This document shows, in pieces, positions 47,427 to 57,579 of a stretch of 64,000 bases of DNA. The stretch is from an uncultured bacterium (GTDB lineage Bacteria > Actinomycetota > Acidimicrobiia > Spongiisociales > UBA5794): positions 96,001 through 160,000 of the forward strand of contig CAWDDT010000010.1 in the NCBI GenBank assembly GCA_963801165.1, given 5' to 3'. The notes below the pieces were generated by a model. It searched no databases. It saw only the letters and a program-made list of their open reading frames with translations, and was not told the DNA's origin. A program made the position numbers and the translations under genes. Numbering within the stretch: the first letter of the stretch is position 1; every line of letters begins with the position of its first letter.

Positions 47427-47517
47427 CGCGATCATTCTTTGCCGACGGTTGTCCCTGACCTAACGATCCCTTGACTCTGGCGGTGCCATGCTCGCGGCAT
47501 CGACAGAAAGGATCGCA

Positions 47518-47781
47518 ATGGTCACGGTGTGGATCGATCCGACCGAGTGCATGGGCGCAGGAACCTGCGAGCAGCTCGTCCCCGAGGTATTTGTCGCCAG
47601 GACGGACGGCCTCTGGGCCGTCAAAGAAGCCGGCGAGTTCTTTGGCCGCGAGCGGGTGTTCGACGGTGCGCAGTCGCCCCAAGGCAGTGACGGGAGGGCG
47701 CGTGTGCCCGAGGATCTCGTCGAGTTCGTCGTGGATGCCGCAGAGCAGTGTCCCGGTGAGTGCATCTATCTCGAAGGGTGA
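47518..47781 (+). CDS. Ferredoxin (3Fe-4S type)
   Basis: CMGAGTC...CPGECI. Confidence 0.88.
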   Translation: MVTVWIDPTECMGAGTCEQLVPEVFVARTDGLWAVKEAGEFFGRERVFDGAQSPQGSDGRARVPEDLVEFVVDAAEQCPGECIYLEG

Positions 47782-47849
47782 CGGCCTCGAAGGGTGACGG
47801 CCTCGAAGGGTGACGGCCTCGAAGGGTGACGGCCTCGAAGGGTGACGGC
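47770..47849. repeat. 16-bp tandem repeat CTCGAAGGGTGACGGC x5 containing the ferredoxin stop codon
   Basis: Five identical units. Confidence 0.95.
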
Positions 47850-47927
47850 CCCGCAGGGCGCGCAGTTCCGGTCGCGTTCGATACGACCGTCGTCGTAGTT
47901 CGAGCCGGCCGGTGATAGCGTTGCGCC

Positions 47928-49070
47928 ATGCCGTTTCCATCCCCAGATCCCGACCTGGCGGTTGCGTTCGTAGCCGGGCACCGCGATCCGGTGCCGTTGT
48001 TCGCACAAGCGCGGCGTCTCCGCGACGAGGGCAAAGGCAAGACCGTGACGTATTCCCGCAAGGTTTTCGTCCCGGTCACGACGCTGTGCCGTGACACTTG
48101 CTCTTATTGCACGTTCGCCAAACCGCCCGGCGCCGGGGGCCAGTACCTGACACCGGAAGACGCGCTGGCGATTGTCACCGCAGGCGCCTCCTACGGGTGC
48201 ACCGAGGCACTGCTCACCCTCGGCGACAACCCGGAGCAGCGATGGCCACAGGCGAGGGAGTTCCTCGGCAGCGTCGGTGCTCAATCCACGGTCGACTACG
48301 TAAGAATGCTCAGCGAGATGATCGTCCGGGAGACGCCGCTGTTTCCGCACGCCAATCCCGGTCTTCTCGACGATGCGGCCATTCGTGCGCTTCGCCCCAG
48401 CAACCCGTCGATGGGGCTCATGTTGGAGAACGTCTCGCCGCGACTTCTCGAGCCGGGGATGCCCCACCACAACTGTCCCGACAAGGATCCGGTGCTGAGG
48501 CTGGAGACAATCGCCGCGGCAGGTAGGCAACGTGTGCCCTTCACAACGGGTGTCCTCGTTGGGATCGGCGAGACCGCAGAGGAGTTGGTCGACTCGCTGT
48601 TTGCCATCGCCGCCATGCACAGCCGCTATGGCTCGATTCAGGAGGTGATCGTCCAGAACTTCCGGGCCAAAGCCGACACTCTGATGCGGCGCAGCGCCGA
48701 GCCCACGGTTCAGTTCTTTGCGCGGGTGGTGGCGGTCGCGAGGTGGATCCTCGGTGCAGAGATGAATCTCCAGGTACCGCCGAACCTCACCGAGGATTTC
48801 GGGGTGTATCTCGATGCCGGTATCAACGACTGGGGTGGCGTTTCCCCGCTCACGATCGACTGGGTCAACCCGGAGGCGCCCTGGCCTCATCTCGAGAAAC
48901 TGGCCAGGGTCACCGAGGACAAGGGGTTCACTCTAAAGCCACGTCTCCCCGTCTATCCCGAGTTCATCGACGAGGAGTGGATCGACCCGGGGCTTCTCGC
49001 GAGAGTGCGCGCCGTGGTGGATGACGAGGGCTACGCTCGCGTACCTCAACTGCAGGAGTGGCCAACATGA
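47928..49070 (+). CDS. cofG: FO synthase subunit CofG (radical SAM, F420 biosynthesis)
   Basis: VTYSRKVFVP, CRDTCSYC, PHANPG, GINDWGGVSP. Confidence 0.92.
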   Translation: MPFPSPDPDLAVAFVAGHRDPVPLFAQARRLRDEGKGKTVTYSRKVFVPVTTLCRDTCSYCTFAKPPGAGGQYLTPEDALAIVTAGASYGCTEALLTLGDNPEQRWPQAREFLGSVGAQSTVDYVRMLSEMIVRETPLFPHANPGLLDDAAIRALRPSNPSMGLMLENVSPRLLEPGMPHHNCPDKDPVLRLETIAAAGRQRVPFTTGVLVGIGETAEELVDSLFAIAAMHSRYGSIQEVIVQNFRAKADTLMRRSAEPTVQFFARVVAVARWILGAEMNLQVPPNLTEDFGVYLDAGINDWGGVSPLTIDWVNPEAPWPHLEKLARVTEDKGFTLKPRLPVYPEFIDEEWIDPGLLARVRAVVDDEGYARVPQLQEWPT

Positions 49071-50956
49071 GAGAGTCAATCACGTTTCTCCGGTTGCGAC
49101 CGGCGAGTGTCGTCAACGAGCTGTGGGCGGCCACCCGGCGTCGCGAAGGGACGACCGCCGTTGAGGTGGAGCACCTCGATGAGGCTACGAGGGCGTCGGC
49201 GCTCGGTGGGGGCCTCGCTCCTGTTTCCCTGGGCCCGGCAGACGCGGAGCCCATGGCCTGGGTGCTCGAACCCGGTGACGTCGCCGCCCTGGTCAAGCAG
49301 GGCGCGAACGGGTGGCGGATCACCGTGGTCGACAACTCAGATCGCGCTGCGGTCCTCGATGCACTGGCGCGTAGCCGGGCGGCGTTTGTCAGAACCGGCC
49401 GTAGCCGTGTCGAGGAGATCGCCGAGCTGGTTGGTCTGCCCGGCATCGCGGCCCGGGTTTCGGTGTTCGTCGACACACCGGCCGAGGCGGTGCGTGCTGT
49501 GGTCGCCGGTGCCCGCGATCTGCTGTTGCGAGGTTGGACGACTGATGCGCTCGGCGAGATGCGATTGGCGCTCGAAGGCTACGAGTTGATCGAGCGTGGA
49601 GCGCTCCCGATCGGGGTGACGGTCGACGAGGCACGCTCGGTGCTGCCCGGCGAGCTGTTCACTGCCTATCTGCACCAGATCGACGGCTCGGGTGCGATCC
49701 GCCCCCGCTACGAATGGGCCCCGGGCATGGATGTACCGGCACCGGTCCCCGACGGCCGTCTGTCTGCGCAGTGGGCCGATGAAGCCTGGGTCGATTCCGA
49801 GTTCACTCTCGACATGGACACACTCGATTCCGAGCTGGCGGGGATTCTGGAGCGTTCCCTGGATGGGTCGGCGCCGACCCGTGACGAGGTGGAGCGTTTG
49901 TTCCGCGCCCGCGGCGACGAGGTTGACGCCATCGCGGTAGTAGCCGATCGGCTCCGGGAGCGGGCGAACGGTGGGGTGGTGACCTACGTCGTCAACCGGA
50001 ACATCAATTACACGAACCAATGCACGTTCCGGTGCGGCTTCTGTGCGTTTTCGAAGGGCCCCAGGTCGCTGAATCTGAGAGGCGAGCCCTACCTGATGTC
50101 GATTCCCCAGGTCGTGGAGAGGGCCGTCGAGGCCTGGGACCGGGGGGCTACCGAGGTGTGTCTCCAGGGCGGTATCCATCCCGACTTCACCGGCGACTTC
50201 TACGTGACGGTCGTCGAGTCGATCAAGGAATACCTCCCCGGCATGCACATTCACGGGTTCACGCCACTCGAGGTGTGGCAGGGCGCCGAGACACTCGCTG
50301 TCCCGGTGCGCGATTTCCTCACCCGGCTCCGCGACGCCGGGCTGGGGACGCTGCCGGGCACGGCCGCAGAGATTCTCGACGACACCGTGCGTGTCCATCT
50401 GTGCCCCGACAAGATCCGTACCGCCCAGTGGGCGGAGGTGATGATCACGGCTCACGAGTTGGGTCTGCGCTCGACCGCAACGATCATGTTCGGACACATC
50501 GACTCGCCTGCAGCGTGGGCGAACCACTTTGACGTGTTGCGGGCGATCCAGCGGCGCACCGGTGGCATCACCGAAATCGTTCCGCTCCCGTTCGTCCACA
50601 TGGGCGCACCGATCTACCTGCGCGGTGGTGCCCGGCCGGGACCCACCTGGGACGAGGTCGTTCTGATCCACAGCGTGGCCCGGATCGCTTTCGACGGGCT
50701 TGTCGACAACATCCAGGCATCGTGGGTCAAGCTAGGTCTCGACGCCGGCGCCCGGCTGCTGCAGGCGGGGTGCAACGATCTGGGCGGCACGATCATGGAC
50801 GAGACGATCTCACGTTCTGCGGGGGCGGCCCACGGCACATCCGTCGAGGCCGGGGACCTGGAGGCGATCATTCGGTCGATCGGCCGGATCCCCGCCAGAC
50901 GCAACACGGTGTACGACATCCTGGAGACGTCACCCGTCGCTGAGCGGCAGGTCTGA
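49067..50956 (+). CDS. cofH: FO synthase subunit CofH with long N-terminal extension
   Basis: VTYVVNRNINYTNQCTFRCGFCAFSK, PGTAAEILDD, NIQASWVK, GCNDLGGT; ATGA overlap with cofG. Confidence 0.88.
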   Translation: MRESITFLRLRPASVVNELWAATRRREGTTAVEVEHLDEATRASALGGGLAPVSLGPADAEPMAWVLEPGDVAALVKQGANGWRITVVDNSDRAAVLDALARSRAAFVRTGRSRVEEIAELVGLPGIAARVSVFVDTPAEAVRAVVAGARDLLLRGWTTDALGEMRLALEGYELIERGALPIGVTVDEARSVLPGELFTAYLHQIDGSGAIRPRYEWAPGMDVPAPVPDGRLSAQWADEAWVDSEFTLDMDTLDSELAGILERSLDGSAPTRDEVERLFRARGDEVDAIAVVADRLRERANGGVVTYVVNRNINYTNQCTFRCGFCAFSKGPRSLNLRGEPYLMSIPQVVERAVEAWDRGATEVCLQGGIHPDFTGDFYVTVVESIKEYLPGMHIHGFTPLEVWQGAETLAVPVRDFLTRLRDAGLGTLPGTAAEILDDTVRVHLCPDKIRTAQWAEVMITAHELGLRSTATIMFGHIDSPAAWANHFDVLRAIQRRTGGITEIVPLPFVHMGAPIYLRGGARPGPTWDEVVLIHSVARIAFDGLVDNIQASWVKLGLDAGARLLQAGCNDLGGTIMDETISRSAGAAHGTSVEAGDLEAIIRSIGRIPARRNTVYDILETSPVAERQV

Positions 50957-50969
50957 GCGGGAGGGCGCC

Positions 50970-52106
50970 TCAGCGCCGGAGTTGTGGCGGGTCGCGGTCG
51001 CTTGTCCCGTGTCCGGATTTTGAGAGGCGGCGACGTTTCCGGTCGCGCGCGGTCTTGGCGACATGGCAGGGGTGGCAGCGGTTGGGGAGGTTGGCGAGCG
51101 ACGTAGGGCCGTGTTCGGAGTAGGGGCGCTCGTGGTCGTGCTCCAGCCGGTACTGGTTGCCGCAGTCGACGCAGCGGGGACCGTCGAACTCGGGCGGTGA
51201 CCCGAGCCTGAGGGCGAGCTTGATTTCGACGGGGATGTGACGAGTCCATCGGCGCATCTGGCGCAGGTCCTTGCCATCACAGACGACGCCGGTGATGAAT
51301 GCATCTTGCGCCAGATCCCTGGCGAGGTCCGGATCGATTGGTCCCACTCCGGGGATGTGACAGATCTCGCCGGACTCAACCGTGCTCCAGCCCCGGGTGG
51401 CGACCTCGTGGCTCACCACCACGACGACCTCCGGTTTGGGGGAGCGGCCGCCCTCGGGGCGGTTGAAGCAGGAGGCAAAGGCATCTGCGAGGTGGGCCTG
51501 CCACGGGGTCTGTGGTGAATCGGCAGCTGCCGCAAGCCGCTTGGCCGCGGTCTCGATCCGCTCCACGATCGGCGTTCCGACATGGGGTTCGAGGTCGGCC
51601 TCGATGTGGACCATCCCGAGCGGGGTGATGTGGTGGGCGCCACGACGGGCGGCGTGCTGACGTTGTCTCAGACCCTCCCGGTTGGACTCGAGGACCGCGG
51701 TGCGCGCCTGCGCTCGCAGCACGTGAAATGGCTCGCGTTGTGCCACCTGGACCAGAGCGTCTGCACATCCAGGTGCCGCTGTTTCCGCCCCGGCGATCTC
51801 GGAGGCCTGGTCGAGTGACAGCGCCCCGCCGCGAACCGCGGCGGCCAGTGCGGGTGTGTCGTGGATTCGCTCCGAGAGGGCGACGATGGCTCGGGCCTTG
51901 CCGACAGAAGTGCCCGACTCGCGGGCTAGGACCCGGGGATCGCCGACCCGTCGGGCAAGCACGGCGGTGGCCCCGGCGCATGCCCGCTCACCTCGAGCGA
52001 ACAGTGACATCAACCGGTGGGCAACGCCAGGATCGACGAGGTCGGCGTCGAGGCTCAGCACCGCGGTCTCGAGGACCTCAACAGCGGACTTGACATCGGT
52101 TTCCAT
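50970..52106 (-). CDS. DUF222-type protein with C-terminal HNH endonuclease
   Basis: CVDCG...LEHDH...GPTSLANL...CHPCHVAKT. Confidence 0.82.
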   Translation of the reverse strand: METDVKSAVEVLETAVLSLDADLVDPGVAHRLMSLFARGERACAGATAVLARRVGDPRVLARESGTSVGKARAIVALSERIHDTPALAAAVRGGALSLDQASEIAGAETAAPGCADALVQVAQREPFHVLRAQARTAVLESNREGLRQRQHAARRGAHHITPLGMVHIEADLEPHVGTPIVERIETAAKRLAAAADSPQTPWQAHLADAFASCFNRPEGGRSPKPEVVVVVSHEVATRGWSTVESGEICHIPGVGPIDPDLARDLAQDAFITGVVCDGKDLRQMRRWTRHIPVEIKLALRLGSPPEFDGPRCVDCGNQYRLEHDHERPYSEHGPTSLANLPNRCHPCHVAKTARDRKRRRLSKSGHGTSDRDPPQLRR

Positions 52107-52241
52107 ACCAGCATCATGCCGGCCGGGTATGACACGTTTTCCACGATGCCGGTGGTCTCATTGCGGTGACGCAGTGCCGCCCGGGCGCGCTCGAATCTCT
52201 CGTTGCGCAGAGGCAAAGACCGTTGTGCGTGCTGTCCCGCA

Positions 52242-53018
52242 CTACCCCGCTCGGTGCCGCTCGATCAGTGCCTCGCGTAGTTGCTCGAAGTCGGTGTCGT
52301 TGAGTGCGACGGGGGAAAGGGAACCACCTGTTGCGTTTCCGGGAACCCAGATGACCACAAGGTCACCGCTCACAACCGGGGGCTCTCCAACGCTCCAACC
52401 GCAAAGCCGTATAACGTGTGCGCCCTTGTCCATGCCGATTGCAGCGATAGAGGTCGCGTTGTCTGTTCCTGGAAAAGTAGTCCACAATTGTTGGCCGGTT
52501 CCCGGTGTGTCGCATGGATCGCTGTCGAAGCTGAGCCAGACAAGACCGTCTGCGTAGTCAGTCAATGTGGGCGAAGCGAATGACACCGACCCGGTCGCCT
52601 GGATCGCACCATCACCGGGTGCCGACAGATTCAGCGTTGCCAGAGTGACAGTGGCGCCGTCTGGAATGGTGTCGGCGCCGGCGTACGCGTGGTAGACGGT
52701 CGCTTGAGCGCCTGTGGCCATCAGGTCGTCGGCGCTGAGCCCTCCGACGGTCGCAGCATCGACCACTCGGGCCGTTGCGAGTCGATGGAGGAACGCAGCC
52801 ATTTGCCCTCGTGTAACCGGTTCTCCTGGGCAAAACTGATCGTTTGCTGGCGGATTGCAGCCCCGGGTGACACCAGAATCGGCCAGCCAGGCGACGTCAT
52901 CGTAAAAGACATTCTCCGATGGGACATCAGTGAAGCGGTCGATAGCGGCAGCACCGATTGGCACCAGGAGCACCACAAGGAGACCACCCACCAAAAGGGA
53001 CATTGCTCGTCTGAACAT
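52242..53018 (-). CDS. Secreted S-layer-homology (SLH) domain protein
   Basis: Signal peptide; FTDVP...WLADSGVTRGCNPPANDQFCPGEPVTRGQMAAFLHR. Confidence 0.8.
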   Translation of the reverse strand: MFRRAMSLLVGGLLVVLLVPIGAAAIDRFTDVPSENVFYDDVAWLADSGVTRGCNPPANDQFCPGEPVTRGQMAAFLHRLATARVVDAATVGGLSADDLMATGAQATVYHAYAGADTIPDGATVTLATLNLSAPGDGAIQATGSVSFASPTLTDYADGLVWLSFDSDPCDTPGTGQQLWTTFPGTDNATSIAAIGMDKGAHVIRLCGWSVGEPPVVSGDLVVIWVPGNATGGSLSPVALNDTDFEQLREALIERHRAG

Positions 53019-53326
53019 GACACCTTCCATTCGTACAATCCGCCGTGCGACGGGGCGCTGATACCACTCTCCCTTAGCTCGCACCACCGCTGACATCACC
53101 CGCCAGCCGAGTCGAGCCCAAATCCAGAGAACATAATATGGGCGATATCGCACCTTGGCGCCAACCCCGCAGAGCGGCACGTATCCGCATGGGGGATCGG
53201 CCACTCAGCGTAACGAAGGCGGATAGACGAAACTGTTGTGTTTCGCCCATCTGATGCGGGGACTCTCTTTGGGCTGCCGCGCGCGGTGAGCCGCCACCTG
53301 GCGTGTAGGTCACTCGATCTCGGCGA

Positions 53327-53680
53327 CTACTCGCGGCTTTGGCACCATGCGGCGACGATAGCGAGAAGTTCCGCCCTGGCGGACTTGACGTCCTCGATGT
53401 CGGCGAACTTCACGTAGCGGGCTGTATCGCCGCCGCCTTTCATCCGTGGGTGCGTGCCCGGGATGGCGGCACCGCTATGGAACATGAGGCTTACGTGGGC
53501 CTTGGCTCGCGGATTGATGCTCGCCATGTTGCCTTTGTACATGAACGTCGGGCTCTTCCATTTGATTGTCTCGGTCATTCGATCGTCCGAGAGCACGATC
53601 TGGCGCACCAGCTGCATCGCATCGAGCAGCGGATGCTCGAAATCTTCAAACCAAGCATCGACATCTGGGTTTGTATTCAC
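53327..53680 (-). CDS. DUF1801 (YdhG-like) protein
   Basis: ETIKWKSPTF, LMFHSGA, AW near the C-terminus. Confidence 0.82.
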   Translation of the reverse strand: MNTNPDVDAWFEDFEHPLLDAMQLVRQIVLSDDRMTETIKWKSPTFMYKGNMASINPRAKAHVSLMFHSGAAIPGTHPRMKGGGDTARYVKFADIEDVKSARAELLAIVAAWCQSRE

Positions 53681-53911
53681 GCTACAGACCCTATCGACGG
53701 CTCAGCGTGGATCGCCGAGTACGGCGCAGGGACGAGCACGTCGTCGAGTCACCGGAAATGGCACGCCCGAATCCGCCCCCCAAGCCGCCAATATCGCGTG
53801 CACATCGCTAGACATGCCGGCAATCACCTGGAGGTTTGCCATGATCCGGGAACGTGTTGCTGAGACCGCTCGGAACCGGCACTGCTTGGGTGCTGGGTGC
53901 CGATACGGGTC

Positions 53912-54643
53912 CTAGCGCGCCTTTTCCTGAAGCGTCACCGCGGTTCCCGACATGGTGATGAGCATCCGTGTCCCGATGGACGTGTATTGCATCGTGACTC
54001 CGATCACGGCGTGAGCACCGCGCTCGACCGCCTCGTCAACCAGACCCTCGAGGCCTACCTGGCGTCCCTTGGCCAGGGTGGCGCCCACCTGGCGTAGATC
54101 ACCGCCGGGCGCTTCGACGGCAACCTCGGCGGTGACCACGCCCAGGTAGGTGTGTACGTCCCAGTTGGCGAGCTCCTGGGTGGTAGTGACAACGGGCCGC
54201 CAGGTTGCCCGGCCGTCTGCGGCAGTGACCCAGCCCTGGGCGGAACGCTGCCAATCGGCTCCCCAACGTCTGCCCAACCCGTAGTCCGCCTCCCGGATGG
54301 CGGGCATCGGCCCTGGAATCCGATCGGCGTCAGGGCGCAGGTCGACCACGACGTGTGATGACGGCTCGGTGGGCTGCTCGGTACGGACGATTTCGGGCTG
54401 TCGGGCAGCACCCCACTCGCTTGTCTCGGTATCGGTGCGGGCCGCCCGAACGCTGGTGGCGATCTGTTTGCCGGCCTCGATACGCTTCTGGGCGACCGTC
54501 ATCGCCTGGTCGAGCCGGGAGCGTGCCCGGAACCTGTCATCACCAAACCGACCTCCGCCGGATGATGCATCACCGGCAGCGGCCGGGGCAGCCCACTCGG
54601 AGCCGTCTGCCGGTGTTCCTGCAGGTCTGATAGGTTCCGCCAA
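53912..54643 (-). CDS. Protein with C-terminal YbjQ-like (heavy-metal-binding) domain
   Basis: VTTTQEL...YLGVVTAE...GAHAVIGV...SGTAV. Confidence 0.7.
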   Translation of the reverse strand: MAEPIRPAGTPADGSEWAAPAAAGDASSGGGRFGDDRFRARSRLDQAMTVAQKRIEAGKQIATSVRAARTDTETSEWGAARQPEIVRTEQPTEPSSHVVVDLRPDADRIPGPMPAIREADYGLGRRWGADWQRSAQGWVTAADGRATWRPVVTTTQELANWDVHTYLGVVTAEVAVEAPGGDLRQVGATLAKGRQVGLEGLVDEAVERGAHAVIGVTMQYTSIGTRMLITMSGTAVTLQEKAR

Positions 54644-54687
54644 CTCTCAATCACCCCTGTACCCGGGAATCAGAATACCCTGTCCCC

Positions 54688-55371
54688 GTGCGAATCAACG
54701 TAATCACAATTTTTCCGGAGTTCTTCGACTCCCCATTGCAGGTCAGCCTCATTGGTAGGGCGCAGCAGGATGGTGCGCTCGACGTTGTGATCATCGATCT
54801 GCGTCAATATGGCAAGGGCTTCCACAGACAGCTCGATGACGCCCCGTTCGGGGGTGGACCGGGCATGGTGATGATGATCGAGCCGCTCGACCACGCGCTC
54901 GCCCCGCTGGCCGGGTCGCACCGCGTGCTGCTGGCGGCTGCCGGGAACCCGCTGACTCAGGATCGGCTAGACGAATGGGCTCACCTCGAGGCTCTGACGC
55001 TGGTGTGTGGCCGGTACGAGGGTGTCGATCAGCGGGTGGCGGACCATCTGGTCGATGAGGAGATCTCCATGGGCGATTACGTCATGCTCGGGGGCGAGGT
55101 GGGCGCTCTTGCCATCATCGAGGGCGTGACCCGTCTCCTGCCCGGAGTGGTCGGCAACCCCGAGTCGATCTCGGCGGAGAGCTTCCGGGACGGATTTCTC
55201 GAGGAGCCTCAATACACGAGGCCCGCCGGATACCGGGGATGGAGCGTCCCCGATGTACTCCTGTCGGGTGATCACGGCCGGGTCGCCGCCTGGCGTCTCG
55301 AACAACGGCTGCGTCGAACAAGGGAGCGTCGACCCGACCTCCTCGATGGCGACTCGAGCGACTCCAGGTAG
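54688..55371 (+). CDS. trmD: tRNA (guanine-N1)-methyltransferase
   Basis: DDAPFGGGPGMVM, CGRYEGVDQR, SMGDYVMLGGE, VLLSGDH. Confidence 0.96.
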   Translation: MRINVITIFPEFFDSPLQVSLIGRAQQDGALDVVIIDLRQYGKGFHRQLDDAPFGGGPGMVMMIEPLDHALAPLAGSHRVLLAAAGNPLTQDRLDEWAHLEALTLVCGRYEGVDQRVADHLVDEEISMGDYVMLGGEVGALAIIEGVTRLLPGVVGNPESISAESFRDGFLEEPQYTRPAGYRGWSVPDVLLSGDHGRVAAWRLEQRLRRTRERRPDLLDGDSSDSR

Positions 55372-55453
55372 CATCCCGGAGCTGGCGCAAGAACCAGAGT
55401 GTGGTTAGACTCTCGGCTTCGAGTTTCCCTTTTCCCTCATTCGGAGGAATCCC

Positions 55454-55798
55454 GTGAATACGGTCGATCAAATCGAGTCCGCATACGTGCGCGACGACGT
55501 GCCGGACTTTGCCCCGGGCGACACGGTGCGGGTGAACGTGCGTGTTGTCGAGGGCGGCCGTGAGCGTGTCCAGATCTTCGAGGGCGTTGTCATCGGTCGC
55601 AACGGCAGGGGCGCCCGTGCGTCATTCACCGTTCGCAAGCTGAGCTTCGGTGTGGGCGTGGAGCGCATCTTTCCGTTGCACGCCCCGATCATCCACTCCA
55701 TCGAAGTCGTGCGGCGCGGCGACGTGCGCCGGGCCAAGCTCTACTACCTGCGTGATCGCGTCGGTAAGGCGGCTCGCATCAAGGAGAAGCGGGACTGA
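55454..55798 (+). CDS. rplS: 50S ribosomal protein L19
   Basis: [31 protein letters not shown]. Confidence 0.97.
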   Translation: MNTVDQIESAYVRDDVPDFAPGDTVRVNVRVVEGGRERVQIFEGVVIGRNGRGARASFTVRKLSFGVGVERIFPLHAPIIHSIEVVRRGDVRRAKLYYLRDRVGKAARIKEKRD

Positions 55799-55834
55799 GT
55801 GCACACGCACGAGGGTCCGCAGCCCATTCCTGCG

Positions 55835-56515
55835 ATGAGCGACTATCCCGGAGATAGCCCGGATCCGGAAGAGCTGCTCGAAGAGCCCGCGAACGGGGGC
55901 GGCGGGGAAGAAGTCGACGCCGAGCCGGACGAGAAGCGGTCGGAGGCTGTCGCCTTTCTCAAAGAGCTCCCGTTCCTCATCGTCGGCGCTCTCATCGTCG
56001 CGGTCATCGTCAAGTCTTTCCTCGTCCAGGTGTTCTGGATTCCTTCCGGCTCGATGGAGGAGACCCTCCAGATCGGCGACAGGGTCATCGTCAACAAGCT
56101 CGCTTACCGGATAGGTGATCCGAGTCGTGGCGACGTCGTCGTCTTCGAGCCGGTGACGTTCGAGCAGGAATCGGTGGTTCGCAAGGTATCTCGCAACTTG
56201 CTCGAATCGATCGGGCTGCGTACCCCCCAGTCCGACCTGATCAAGCGTGTTATCGGCCTTCCCGGGGAGACGGTCGAAATCCGTGACAACTCGATATACG
56301 TCGACGGTACGCCCATCGATGAGCCGTATCTCCGCGTCGATCTCGTCATGGCGGATCAGGGGCCGTGGTCGGTGCCGGAGGGGCACTACTTCGTCATGGG
56401 TGACAACCGCAACAGCAGCAACGACAGCAGGGTGTTCGGGGCGATCGAGCGAGACAGGATCGTCGGACGCGCCTTTTCGGTTGTGTGGCCACCGGGTCGC
56501 TGGGGCGGGCTCTGA
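55835..56515 (+). CDS. lepB: Signal peptidase I
   Basis: IPSGSMEETL, LIKRVIGLPGE, MGDNRNSSNDSR. Confidence 0.94.
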   Translation: MSDYPGDSPDPEELLEEPANGGGGEEVDAEPDEKRSEAVAFLKELPFLIVGALIVAVIVKSFLVQVFWIPSGSMEETLQIGDRVIVNKLAYRIGDPSRGDVVVFEPVTFEQESVVRKVSRNLLESIGLRTPQSDLIKRVIGLPGETVEIRDNSIYVDGTPIDEPYLRVDLVMADQGPWSVPEGHYFVMGDNRNSSNDSRVFGAIERDRIVGRAFSVVWPPGRWGGL

Positions 56516-57141
56516 CGCGTCTCGTCGAGGCGAGTCTCCAACAGGGCGTCGCCGCTCTGGCGGCGCAAGACCCCGGGCTTGCCCGCCTCGCCGATCGCAA
56601 TGGTGTCCCACCTCTGTGGCCTCGTCCCCCCGGGTTCGCCACCCTTGTCAGGATCGTGCTCGAGCAGCAGGTATCCCTGGAGAGCGCGGCCGCCGCGTTT
56701 GCCAATCTGGAAGAGAGGCTCGGTACCGTCGAGCCTCGTCCGTTTCTCGAAATCGGTGACGCAGAGCTGAAACGCATCGGCTTCTCTAGACAGAAGACCG
56801 GCTATTGCCGCGGTATCGCCACAGGACTGATCGAGGGGCGGATCGATCTCGACGAGCTGGAGGGGTTGCCCGACGCCGCGGCGCGGCACCGGCTGACGGA
56901 GGTTCGCGGCATCGGTCCGTGGACGGCCGACGTGTACTTGCTGTTTGTCATGCGCCGACCAGACGTCTGGCCGGTCGGTGACCGGGCGCTCGTCGTGTCT
57001 ATGGCAGAGCATCTCGAGCTCGATGAGGTTCCCGAATACGACCGCGCCGCACGGATCGCCGAATCCTGGTCCCCGTGGCGAGCCGTCGCCGCCCGGATGC
57101 TGTGGCACGCCTATCTGGTACGTCGGGGAAGGGCGCTCTAG
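56485..57141 (+). CDS. DNA-3-methyladenine glycosylase (AlkA/HhH-GPD family)
   Basis: IVLEQQVS, GIGPWTA, WPVGD, WSPWRAVAARMLWHAY; start uncertain. Confidence 0.87.
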   Translation: MATGSLGRALTRLVEASLQQGVAALAAQDPGLARLADRNGVPPLWPRPPGFATLVRIVLEQQVSLESAAAAFANLEERLGTVEPRPFLEIGDAELKRIGFSRQKTGYCRGIATGLIEGRIDLDELEGLPDAAARHRLTEVRGIGPWTADVYLLFVMRRPDVWPVGDRALVVSMAEHLELDEVPEYDRAARIAESWSPWRAVAARMLWHAYLVRRGRAL

Positions 57142-57282
57142 GAGCCGAATCGGCAAGGCGCCCACCGCAAATGTCAGTGGGTCAGTTCATACTCACATTG
57201 GGTGCCAAAGAAAAAAGAAGATCGCCGTACCGGCCGCCGTGTGCTTAGTATGCAGCTCCGCTGGGGGAGGGCAGGAGAGGCT

Positions 57283-57579
57283 ATGGGTGAAGAGGACCTC
57301 GAGCGTTACGAAACCGATGTCGAGCTGAACATCTACAAGGAGTATCGCGACATACTCCCGATGTTCCGGTACGTCATCGAGACTGAGCGCCGCTTTTACC
57401 TGGCCAATGAGGTCGAGATGCACACCAGGCGGTCGGATGGGTCGGTCTACTTCGAACTGGAGTTGAACGACGCATGGGTATGGGACATGTACCGGCCGGC
57501 CCGCTTCGTCAAGAGCGTCAAAGTGATGACGTTCCGCGACGTCAACATCGAGGAGCTGGAGCCCTCCTCGGCTCTCTAG
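57283..57579 (+). CDS. DUF2469 family protein
   Basis: EDLERYE...YKEYRD...TERRFYLAN...DAWVWDMYRPARFVK. Confidence 0.9.
   Translation: MGEEDLERYETDVELNIYKEYRDILPMFRYVIETERRFYLANEVEMHTRRSDGSVYFELELNDAWVWDMYRPARFVKSVKVMTFRDVNIEELEPSSAL

Noticed and set aside
50970-52106. HNH gene as part of an IS or defence system
   Set aside because: DUF222-HNH genes are common scattered actinobacterial elements. I saw no terminal repeats or partner genes.
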